Below are positions 21,101 to 29,902 of a DNA stretch of 40,831 bases, piece after piece. Under the pieces are notes generated by a model. That model had not been told where the DNA came from and ran no database searches. It saw only the letters and a list, made by a program, of their open reading frames with translations. The stretch is from Corallochytrium limacisporum Hawaii (taxonomy: Eukaryota; Protista; Pluriformea), in contig PDIP01000094.1 in the NCBI GenBank assembly GCA_002811645.1, positions 85,754 through 126,584 of the forward strand, written 5' to 3'. The stretch's first letter is position 1, and each line of letters starts with the position of its first letter. Position numbers and translations under genes: made by a program.

Positions 21101-23821
21101 TCCCTTCTCCTTGTCAACCTTGAAACCGACAAGGGCTTCTATTGGACCGGTTCCAGCCGGTGAACTGGTAGTGTCAACACTGGCGCGCAGTTCTTCTGAT
21201 TTTCTTATTTCGCCATTTCTGGGAGCGTTACCCGATGACGAATACGACCAGACCACCTCTTCAGGACCGGAGCCACAAACGATTTCCAGTCCACATCCAG
21301 TGGCAATTTCCTCCACAATTTGCTTCGCTGTCGCAGTGCCTGTTGGACGCAGCATGATCACCGGTTTCACTCCGCCTGTGTAAACGGACACAATTTCGTC
21401 GGCCTGGCTGCTGTCAGCCCTGTCAATGATACTCAGATTTGAAATATCCTTGAATTGGATCACATAATCCACGCCACTCTTAGATTTTAAGTGTGCTAGG
21501 TCCTCGTCACGTTTCAGGATATCAATAGCGTTCTTTTCAAGTGCAGGGTCGCACAGAATTAGGCGTCCGGGGGCCAAAACAATAGCACGCTTGGCCCATG
21601 TCTTGACCAAGGCACCGGCCTTTTGCCGTAGCACAATTTTCACACTCGGTATCCACTTCTTATAAGGAACTGATTGGGGCGGACGGGAAATGATTTTCGG
21701 TTGGGCGACCGGGGTCATCTGCTTGTAACGGTGACTGCCACTGCTCGCGTTTCTGTTCAGTGTTAATCCCGTCCTAATATGTTCAAGGGAATTTGATCCT
21801 CTGGTCAATCTGCCGTCGTCAAAATCTTCTCGGATGGGATCAATGGACTTCCGATAGCCTTTGCTACCCAAACTTGTATTCGACCCAGTGTTCCGCAGAG
21901 TCAATGGTTCGCCAATACCAGGGGATGTAGCATCCGATACTCCAGCACTGAGGGCGGTGCCCCTTGAGGTTGGAGACCGCGTACGATTGAAGCGTGTACG
22001 TGGCTGTGGATATACTTCGGACATCCGCTTAGACTTCATGGATCCAGTAGACATCGCCATGCTACCGATGGAACCACCACTAACAGTTCGCTTGTGCCCA
22101 GAACTGCGAAGCACACTTTCATTGGCTTGCCCCTCTCGGACTGGCTCGGTCTGCCTCAGTTCAGTTGCTGGTGCGGTGGCGATGCTGTCAACACGATCTG
22201 GTAGCCGCGTCAGACCGGGCACGGATGACACACTTTTCAAACGTTGCTGGTTAACAATGCCAGATCGTCCGGTACGTGGGGTGCCGCTATCACTGGAATC
22301 TACGCTCTGGAATGGTGCGGGCCCGCCTTCATTGTCCAATGGGGTTCCCGGATGGCTCATCTCACCGTCGTCATCTCCGGACGCGTTCGGTACGTTGCTA
22401 TCATGAGGACCCAGAGTAAGGCCAGCCAAAGGTCGGGGACTTGTGATCAATGTGTTCAATGAGCCAGAGCTGAGTTGACGGCCACTTCGCAGCAGCAAGC
22501 TGGACTGGGAATTACTACGGCTTGATGGCAGGCTGCGATTTGACTTCATAAAGTCAAGGGCTGGCAAAGACCCCCGAGCGTACCGTTGCCAGCTGTCGGT
22601 GTCTCTTGCCAGCGATTCCTCATCCGCCAGCATGGCGAAAATCCGGGCGACGTGCAACAGACCATCCATCTGGCTCTGAATCCACGCATCCCTGGTCTCT
22701 GTGTCTGTAATTTCCTTCGCCAGAAGCACCTGGATCATGTCCACTTGGGCAATGTGTTTCTCTCGATCGTCAAAGAAAACACTTGTGAGATCAATTTCGT
22801 CCTTACACCATTGGGACTGAACCACCCGAACAGCCTCTAGTATCTGAACGTTGTAGTCGAAATTGAACACATTCAGACTCCCATCACCAGAGTCTTCTTC
22901 AACGGTACACACAATGCCGTGTCGGGCCATACCACCAATCCACGGGTAGGTCTTTGCATCCATGATTGGACCCCGCACAATCTCACCTGCATCGATTCCC
23001 ATTGATCGTCCGATCCGCGAGTACGCCATGAGACATGCTAGCTGCAAGTCCATGCTGTGTGTCGCATGCAGACCAGTGCACTGACCTTCATAGCCCGTAC
23101 GCCAACGAATCGCGAATGGACCAAACAACTCTGCGATGATCACGCCCAAGACGCGACGTAAGTGGACTTGCAGGACCTCTTCAGGTACCTGCTGATCCTG
23201 CGCACCATCTTCTCCGAATGCAGGCAATGCGTCAGCAAAAGTATGATGCAATGTCCCTTGCAACACCATGTCATGTACATCGCTCTTTGCCACTGCCATG
23301 CTAGAGTCTAGTGACTGCTCATCGGCTCCCATCTGCACGCGCTGAGCAATGTCGTCCAACCGTTCCCTGAGGGAGGTAACGTATTTTCCACTCACATCTT
23401 CCCATGACGGGTTCTCTGCAACAAAACTCTCATGCAGCACGCTCCACAGAGAATTCAAACCACTGTGATTGCTAAACCTACCAGTATGAGGCTCGTTGCA
23501 TACTTTCTTGATTGAACTGAACAAAATAGTGTCTTCGAACCGTTCAAAAATGCGCAAAGAACTGGTGCATTGGACCAACCCTTCTGCAGGTCCTATCCTA
23601 GGAAGACTTGAACCATTGTCTAATTTCCATTCCATCCATCTCATAACAAGAGGTACTTGCATTTCTGCATGCTCCGGTGCAGCAAACTCGACGCTGCCGT
23701 CGTAGGAAGTGCGGCCCGCCCTCATTGCTCCCCCTTCACCTTTCTGTTGCCTGCTGCCGGACACCTGGTTCTGCCGTGTCTGATCGACATTATCGTAGTC
23801 GGCCTTGGCTGCGTTCGACAT
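18197..23821 (-). CDS. Large PH-domain and ankyrin-repeat protein with unassigned N-terminal domain (1874 aa)
   Basis: 5.6 kb uninterrupted ORF; PH-like segment (LRQKAGALVKTWAKRAIVL..., about 21650-21300); many ankyrin repeats (GLTVMHYIA, ETPLLMAI, GNMALHVA, GDTPILTAI, GTTPLIVAA, GNTPLHEV, LTPLMLV); Ser/Arg-rich disordered linker. Confidence 0.9.
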   Translation of the reverse strand: MSNAAKADYDNVDQTRQNQVSGSRQQKGEGGAMRAGRTSYDGSVEFAAPEHAEMQVPLVMRWMEWKLDNGSSLPRIGPAEGLVQCTSSLRIFERFEDTILFSSIKKVCNEPHTGRFSNHSGLNSLWSVLHESFVAENPSWEDVSGKYVTSLRERLDDIAQRVQMGADEQSLDSSMAVAKSDVHDMVLQGTLHHTFADALPAFGEDGAQDQQVPEEVLQVHLRRVLGVIIAELFGPFAIRWRTGYEGQCTGLHATHSMDLQLACLMAYSRIGRSMGIDAGEIVRGPIMDAKTYPWIGGMARHGIVCTVEEDSGDGSLNVFNFDYNVQILEAVRVVQSQWCKDEIDLTSVFFDDREKHIAQVDMIQVLLAKEITDTETRDAWIQSQMDGLLHVARIFAMLADEESLARDTDSWQRYARGSLPALDFMKSNRSLPSSRSNSQSSLLLRSGRQLSSGSLNTLITSPRPLAGLTLGPHDSNVPNASGDDDGEMSHPGTPLDNEGGPAPFQSVDSSDSGTPRTGRSGIVNQQRLKSVSSVPGLTRLPDRVDSIATAPATELRQTEPVREGQANESVLRSSGHKRTVSGGSIGSMAMSTGSMKSKRMSEVYPQPRTRFNRTRSPTSRGTALSAGVSDATSPGIGEPLTLRNTGSNTSLGSKGYRKSIDPIREDFDDGRLTRGSNSLEHIRTGLTLNRNASSGSHRYKQMTPVAQPKIISRPPQSVPYKKWIPSVKIVLRQKAGALVKTWAKRAIVLAPGRLILCDPALEKNAIDILKRDEDLAHLKSKSGVDYVIQFKDISNLSIIDRADSSQADEIVSVYTGGVKPVIMLRPTGTATAKQIVEEIATGCGLEIVCGSGPEEVVWSYSSSGNAPRNGEIRKSEELRASVDTTSSPAGTGPIEALVGFKVDKEKGRKRRSRMSMMSHNSVMDTPDGESPRILFGDDDLLNEDASVPRTSDGDPSKTDVDPSKNDADSSENVQSVSHALVPKRVLTQSQSRRLAEVLKWGANPNARYRGKHPLTGHGHWPMIAEALRGVDTTGPRVGKNESVDDAIKSLSQRMSGNEAAVNLLIRAGVNMACLLRRHIAKTVGVQTIINIFLSCPEFGNVVGDDMEGLTVMHYIAAYGSVSQLRQALADPQFEVNRPMGPLRETPLLMAIRIKRQEHVMEMLRSKRMDVNVVDQKGNMALHVATRHNDLPLVKELETLGANLNSAGEDGDTPILTAIRMHHADIAKYLLMCGCDVNYVNSQGDQVLHVALRALHRLQREAIQDHHFDGFSELATDCGIDSKEQSSGNRKISGSKTGQSNAVALIPQYEHMILIMLNREASLHTSDGCGREETALIIELRRLGFLSGVGQALLAAQAAEDIPSARSETSGVRDSQGSQDDNSEYSPRLSLFKDIGGDIVGGEDGFMSMILMRMVEYDMSESNKAVNTADLLGTTPLIVAAQERNLRGMMLLLRGGADLTAHNDDGDTPLLALLRSLAGFTSFGSVQRLSGTIGDVPVRRTVAGDMSIASLSLRPSFLRGSLGSFAPDATSALQGVSAHARHRLQEQQEALNTVFEEILNDPGLNQALQQQQNVTGERIVHLMARQGMAELTMKVLDRYPDQVIARTENGAYPIHYASRGLQPEMVTILLDQAPMTVDARTTTSGNTPLHEVVIGLHAVIAYLDPDQSMDESNSKQRTTAGPPSGDSGNSGSVPCALDDSEIKTVRDFAFTRAAQCVNMLVRGDAYEHQWNFSGMSPMHTCLSLAGAEELLNTLKAAESGDVFDINQRTLQSLTPLMLVTKDDNVTALKLLLSWGAQTECMSTSDRRNVLHHAMLNDATDCATEMVTKHPNLKNLWQRKDAWGNYPADLADEGNEALCDLIKSMKLPTKGSIITA

Positions 23822-25126
23822 AGTTGACTACCTATTACACTGGGGTTCCACCCCATTCAAAACATTTGTTCCTTACGAATAGATCATCCTTGCAGTAAAC
23901 TGCTGCACTTTCCAGCATCTGGTTAATGTGTTCAATGTCATATTGCAATGCACTCGAAGAGAATTGCGTCAACGCTCAAATACCTCTGTTCACTGAAACA
24001 GACATCGATCCCAAGGTTGGCACTCCCACTTCATGAAAGTCTGAGTCCTGCTCGTACGTACTATTGCCCGTAGCGGTCCCCATTGTACACAGCAGCATCA
24101 AACACAAAATAACACGCTCACCCGTCGGCTGAGGACTTCCAGCGGGGTGAGAGTCTACCGTCAACACCCCGCCTCCCTCCCACTGCCTTACCCTTTTTTT
24201 GCCATTCGGAAGCAACCGCATACCTTGTCTGTTTGGGTCACCGGGAGCCAAAAAAGAAACAATTGCCCAGGGACCCCCCACCAACCGGCACCAGCCCACC
24301 AACCAGCCCAAGCGACGACGACCCTGGACTCTGGCGAGAGAAACAGGACGGCCGAAGAAATTGGAAAACAATGGGTTCAGCTCGTCTCCCCTCCCCTGCC
24401 TTCCTTCTCCTTTTCCCTTTCCCCATGTTCCAGGGCGGAAACAAGGCCATACGTTCACAACTTCTCCCAACAGGCTCTTTGTTTCCGTCCTCCCCCCCCC
24501 CCCTCCGTTGCTCTGTCGGACATTCCTTCCTATCCAGAGCGGCTAGTTTCGATATGTGTTTTTTTTTTGGTCAATTCATTTGTCGTCCTCACCAACCACC
24601 TCCGTCGTTCTCACTTGGATTGTTGCCGTCCCTCCCGGTTGAATCGTTTGATTCGAGAGCGTCTGGTGCCCAGGACTCTCCTGCGACAACGGACGGCTAA
24701 GGGGCCAGAGGGGGAGGGGAGAGGGACAAGGCGGGAACCCGGAGGAGGGTTCGGCCGGGTCGGAACGAGCGGAAAGGGGCTCCCGTCCGGTCGCGCCAAG
24801 AATGGGCCCGCCTCTCCGAACCCAGCGCGGGGGGTCTAATTTTAAACCACCTCCCTTATGGGCAACTGGGTGGGTGTGTCACTGCGCATCGCTACTGATA
24901 CGCGTGGGTGGGTTTTCAGCGGGCATCACCATGCTCATCATCACCGATGATGTTTGACAGAAAGACCTACTCTATGACAGATAGAGAAATTTATGGTATA
25001 ATGCTATATGGATGTCTAAGATGGTGTTCGTATGTAGGTTACGGAGTAAAAACGTGCTGCTGCTCACTGGCATGCATTCCACTGGCGCTTGCGTCAACGG
25101 TACATTTCTTCTCCCAACGGGCTCCT

Positions 25127-26353
25127 TCAAAACTGGGTGCGCATCTTCTCGAAGTCACGACGCATCTGTTCGGTCTCAAGTTCAATAACCTTCTCCTCCT
25201 GAGCTTCCCGTCCGTGGCGCATGACCACACCGTCCGCTCCATCGCTTGAGGACCGGTCGTCGTCCTCGGCCTCATCGCCTTCTGTATTCATTCCCGGGAA
25301 AGTCTTCTTGCGTTCCTCTTCAGCATCCTGGAAGATATACATCTGCACGACAGCCTCCTGGAATACGGGTACCATCTTGACGGAGAAGATGGCATCGAAG
25401 TTATAGATCAACTGGTTGTTCAAGCTGATCTCATTCTTCCACCGGTTGTTGTTCTCACGGGCGAGGCTCACAAACTTATCGCCAACCCAGGTCATTACAC
25501 GAGTGGCTTTCCAGCTGTGATTGATGTTACGTCCCCATTCGAACTCTTCTTTCTCTGCGTGCCATTGGTGGACAAAGAATGGGTAGTCCCGGGCCTCCAT
25601 AGACGAAACGAACAGCATGCCATTGCGGTCACGGTTGTGGGTGGTGTCCCGGAAGAACTTGTTAATAATGGGTTCGGACTGGTAACGCTCAACGCTCAGA
25701 GAGTGCATATGGGCGTGCAGGCACATGGATTCGTCCTGCACCCAGTCAATGTACTCCTGTGGAGCATCACCCCACAACTGGGTGTCACGAGGATCGACTG
25801 TGAAGTTCAGAGGCAAGGACAGATCGAGAGAATCCGTGTCAGTGAAGACATCGTGGCCAGCCACAATATGAGTAAAGACTTGGAATCCGAGACAGGTGCC
25901 CCACAGGGGGTAAACATTGCCGTCCTCATTCTCACGTCGTGCCTTGTTGAAGATGTAATTGGCAGTGATGTAGGCCGGATGACTTTCGTCGAGATCAAGA
26001 CCACCTGGGTATACAATGGCGTTCACACGCTCGAAGATATAGTCGACTTCCTCGACAGTGTAATCATAGAGGATGGGCACAATACGGGCACCGCCACTCT
26101 CGAGCCACTTGACGTAGCTGGCCGCGATGAAGCTCTTACCAATGTGTTTAAAGGACTCGGGAAGCTCCTGTGCGATGATGCCAATCACGGGACCCCACTG
26201 GTCCTCCTTTGGGACGGGTCGGGCGCCAGTTTTAGGGTTTACGGGCAGATCGTGAATGGGCTTACCCATTGTGTCTACCAGAGTGCGGTCAATGGGGACG
26301 CCAGCCACACCAAGAGCAAGGGACAGAGCCCCGATAAGCTTAGTCAACTGCAT
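25127..26353 (-). CDS. GGH: Gamma-glutamyl hydrolase (folylpolyglutamate hydrolase, peptidase C26) precursor, 408 aa
   Basis: PVIGIIAQE, FIAASYVKWLESGGARIVPI, PGG, catalytic WGTCLGF Cys and QWHAEK His-x-Glu. Start placed at MQLTKLIGALSLALGVAG (signal peptide, aacATG) rather than the upstream non-ATG start in the ORF track. Confidence 0.94.
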   Translation of the reverse strand: MQLTKLIGALSLALGVAGVPIDRTLVDTMGKPIHDLPVNPKTGARPVPKEDQWGPVIGIIAQELPESFKHIGKSFIAASYVKWLESGGARIVPILYDYTVEEVDYIFERVNAIVYPGGLDLDESHPAYITANYIFNKARRENEDGNVYPLWGTCLGFQVFTHIVAGHDVFTDTDSLDLSLPLNFTVDPRDTQLWGDAPQEYIDWVQDESMCLHAHMHSLSVERYQSEPIINKFFRDTTHNRDRNGMLFVSSMEARDYPFFVHQWHAEKEEFEWGRNINHSWKATRVMTWVGDKFVSLARENNNRWKNEISLNNQLIYNFDAIFSVKMVPVFQEAVVQMYIFQDAEEERKKTFPGMNTEGDEAEDDDRSSSDGADGVVMRHGREAQEEKVIELETEQMRRDFEKMRTQF

Positions 26354-27688
26354 GTTATGATCTGCACTATGTCGCTGCGGAAGATATTGTGGGTATAGGG
26401 CGCGCAGTCGCGATATTGCATGGAGGGCGCCGAACCTGAAGTACCTGATCCGTACCGGTGTGTGAGAGCGGACAGTGAAACAGTCAACCATATCCGTGGT
26501 CCGCTTGTTGTGTACCGACTGACAGTGTTTGGTTCCGATGTTCCCACTGTCCGCACCATCGCCCACATCAGAACTTTGACCCCATGGATCTCTCCCTTCG
26601 GTGTGCAGCATACAAAAAGACCAAACAGGAGAACCGCCGACACATTTCTTTGTTTGTCTCGCGACCTCCGTCCAGTCCCACTGACACTCACTGCTCGCAA
26701 ATGTATACAGATATGGTATGTTAGTCTGCGCTCAATACTGCGGCAGTGTCAGTCCCACCCACTCGCAGATTCTTTCATCGCAAATTGCTGTCTCAATCTT
26801 CTGCTGCAATTGCTTCTTCTTCCCCCAATGCGTGTGCCATGGAATACGAAAATTCTTTCTACAAACCCATTTGGTGCACTGGCTGAAAACGGCTGGGGTT
26901 CCCCTGTCCTCCGGAGAGTCCTTGGTGTGGCGCACGAATAGATTGCACACACTCACATCTGACAAACCCGCACCCACGCTCAAGTTCTTCGGTGTACTGC
27001 TGCAAAAGGTGGACCGGGCTGGTCAGTCCGTATGGATCAGCACTTGTCGTTTCTGCATGCTAACAATCACCATCAACAGTGACATTCCACAAGTGTCCGT
27101 ACACTGTTTGCAGTGAGCACGCTACAAGAGAATCTGTTTGGAAACGAGACATATCACACCCCAAACATATATGTCAAGGGATCGAGATACGACTTCTACT
27201 GGTGAAATTGCTGAATCATCATACGCACGGCACAAGACCCACGCAATTATTGATGCCTGTGACTTGGAATGCTGGATGCAAAAGCCGCCTCGCCAGCGTG
27301 TTCAGGCAGAGCATCGAAAGCCCCGGATTGCTCATCATTGTGTGGGAACTGCGTCTCTTTCTATACAAAGGCAATGGTGCAAATCAGATGTTTGCAAACG
27401 GCCTCGGTGTGGGAAAGGGGGAGGGGACGGGCAAACAACAGCGGAGAGCAGGGTAGGGTACGGCGAGCCCGGGACACGTGCGCGCCACAGTACTGGGTGA
27501 CCCGCCATAAACAAAAATTCAAACAGACTCCGCGTACGAGAATTCGGCCCCGATCCGTGGAAAAGAGATTGACGGGACGATGAGTAAAGTAGACTCTCAT
27601 TGACTCAACACCTTTCGTTCTTGCATCATTCCTGAGGACCACCAGTACATCAGTATGATAACGAAGAAGCCTGTGAGCACTAAGCAAA

Positions 27689-27795
27689 GTGGTACGTGAT
27701 ACATGTATTATGGCCAGCTTTTTAACCGGCCGTATGCTCTTAGATAGTCCCAGTACGTGGGAAAAGGTGACATTGAAAACACCCCCCCCCCCCCC
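27689..27795 (+). repeat. Dispersed repeat, copy 2 (followed by assembly gap 27796-27987)
   Basis: 92 of 93 bases identical to 11299-11391, then poly-C into the gap. Confidence 0.93.
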
Positions 27796-29902
27796 NNNNN
27801 NNNNNNNNNNNNNNNNNNNNNNNNNNNNNNNNNNNNNNNNNNNNNNNNNNNNNNNNNNNNNNNNNNNNNNNNNNNNNNNNNNNNNNNNNNNNNNNNNNNN
27901 NNNNNNNNNNNNNNNNNNNNNNNNNNNNNNNNNNNNNNNNNNNNNNNNNNNNNNNNNNNNNNNNNNNNNNNNNNNNNNNNNNNNNNNCCCGGGGGAGACC
28001 GGGGTCTTTCTGCTTAGTTATCGGACGGTCATAGTCTTGGGTCATAAGCCCATATGCAATGCTGGGCAGCCACCGGTGCCCCATTCGGGTAAAAGCCCCC
28101 TTAGGTTCAGTACCGGCTGGTCCTACCAAAACTTGCAAGCTACTTCCTTTGCAATGTGTTCACTCAGGCCAGACGTTCCCAATCGCTGTCGTCCATTGCT
28201 ACGTTGATGGTAGGTGGTGACTACAATAGACAGTCCGAAGTGGTGAAAGACGTCATCTCCTGGAAGGATTTTTGGAGATCCGACTCGAACGCGTTTGGAT
28301 GCTGAGGTGATCCACAACGGATCTATGTTTCCCAGATGTCGGTCTGCTAGCTCCCTCCATAAAGCAGTGTTATTTTGACATCTAGCGAAGTCGAACGCTG
28401 TCAATAAAATGAGAACGAGAGACATCCATCCATGCTCTCCAGGTGCGGATGATGCTGCCTTCCACTGCCACCAAGTTTCGCCAACAGCGCATCACACTCC
28501 CAGCAGCAGCAACGGCGCCAAGAGCTGAGTGACATCAAGTTGAATCCAAATATACGTCGATTTTACCACCACAACAGAACATCTAATCTCGAGAATCCGT
28601 TCGGTGATCATAAAGTCTTGCATCAACGGGTGTTGACATTTAATGGGGAAACTCATAGGCGTTTGTGCCCAGGGAGCTCACTACAACAGGGGCATCCATG
28701 CAGCCACCACTTGGCGCCAAAAATATCGCAGTGAACCTAACCCAGCTCGCACCCCTCCAGCGTAGGTCGTAATTCTTACTTATGTCATTAAGACTTGGTT
28801 AAGGCATCACCAGGCGCAGGCAACGCTGAAAAATCAGTTGAATCCTCCTTTGCCTCAATGTCCATCTACTTTTTCCATCCCAGCCCAACCCATGTTCCCT
28901 CTCCCTGTGCCACGTCTCCCTCCCCAGTGCAAAACAAACCCGAAGATCCCGTGCACAGCGGGCACTTCCCTTGACACACCGCATGGGAAGGGGCCGGGGA
29001 CTCTGGGGTTGGGACGGAAGGGACCCGCGGCGGGCAGCTGTTGTGGGCATTGCTCCCCAGCGCCGATCCGGGAAGAGGAGAGCGATCCGGTTGGCCAAGA
29101 AAAAGCAGGCACAAAAACCCCCCACACTCTTCCCCCGTTCCCTACTTGCCTGTCGCAGTTAGTATCGGAGTCAGAGTCGGGACGGAGGGTTTTGAAAACC
29201 TTGGGTGCCCGACTTCACCAGGGGTCCCATCCCCCGAGCCTTGAGTTGGAGTTTCTATTTTTGTTTTGGGTCTCCCGCCTGGCTTCCCATTCGACGACCA
29301 TTTCGATACTGAGGTCTCCAGCGAAAATTGCAAAATGGAGCCAGGGCCAAGAGTTCAGAGAAACCAACCGAAATCCGCGGGCAGAAACTGTGTATTCAAA
29401 CAAACGGGCCGATTCATGTCATTCAACATCATCGCCTCACTCTTCCCCCATCTGAGGGCCGGTAAGATCAGGGCTGCCCAGTTTCGTAAGCGGGAAAGAT
29501 TGGGTAGGAAACCAGTCACCCCCTCCAAAACCAAACCTCCCCCCCCTCTTTCCTCCCCTCCCGTCTTCAAGGGCCAAATGACCACCTCCAGCCCAGTGGC
29601 CTGCAGAAACACGCAACCAGTGGAAACCGGTTGAAATCATTCGTGTCGCGGGAGATCGCGATTTCGGACGAGAAGGAGGCTTCGCAGCGTCACGGTTATG
29701 ATGTAGCGTCGTGTTCAGCGCAACCGTTTTGGTACTATGTGTTCTTTTACAGGCGAACCGTCTAGTTTGGGAAGGTATTTAGAGATTCCTAGCGCCAGTA
29801 GGAAAGAAGACGAGGCCCAAGGCAATTACTTCTGAGTCAACAGGCATGGCATAAACGGGCATAGTTTGGCCAACGGGCAAGTCTCTGTACAGACCTGCAA
29901 CA

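Noticed and set aside
24735-24790. SRP-RNA helix 6/8-like motifs (gaaccc-ggagga-gggttc; gggtcggaacgagcgg)
   Set aside because: Helices are too short, the conserved GNRA loop and symmetric loop do not form, and there is no Alu domain or helix 5.
25517-26398. 293-aa antisense ORF over GGH, and similar antisense ORFs over the ankyrin, UBA3 and kinase-like genes
   Set aside because: Shadow frames produced by codon bias of the real genes; no recognisable motifs.
26354-26611. 86-codon upstream extension of GGH in the ORF track
   Set aside because: It begins at a non-ATG codon and would bury the signal peptide; the ATG at 26353 has good context.
27679-28018. 8-bp inverted repeat actaagca/tgcttagt around repeat copy 2 as possible TIRs
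   Set aside because: Too short, no TSD, and not testable at copy 1 because of the gap.
29731-29753. Pyrimidine tract plus AG upstream of SPX-MFS (and a similar one before DNAJB12) as a trans-splice acceptor
   Set aside because: Absent upstream of UBA3, so not a general feature; a 5' UTR intron cannot be shown from sequence alone.
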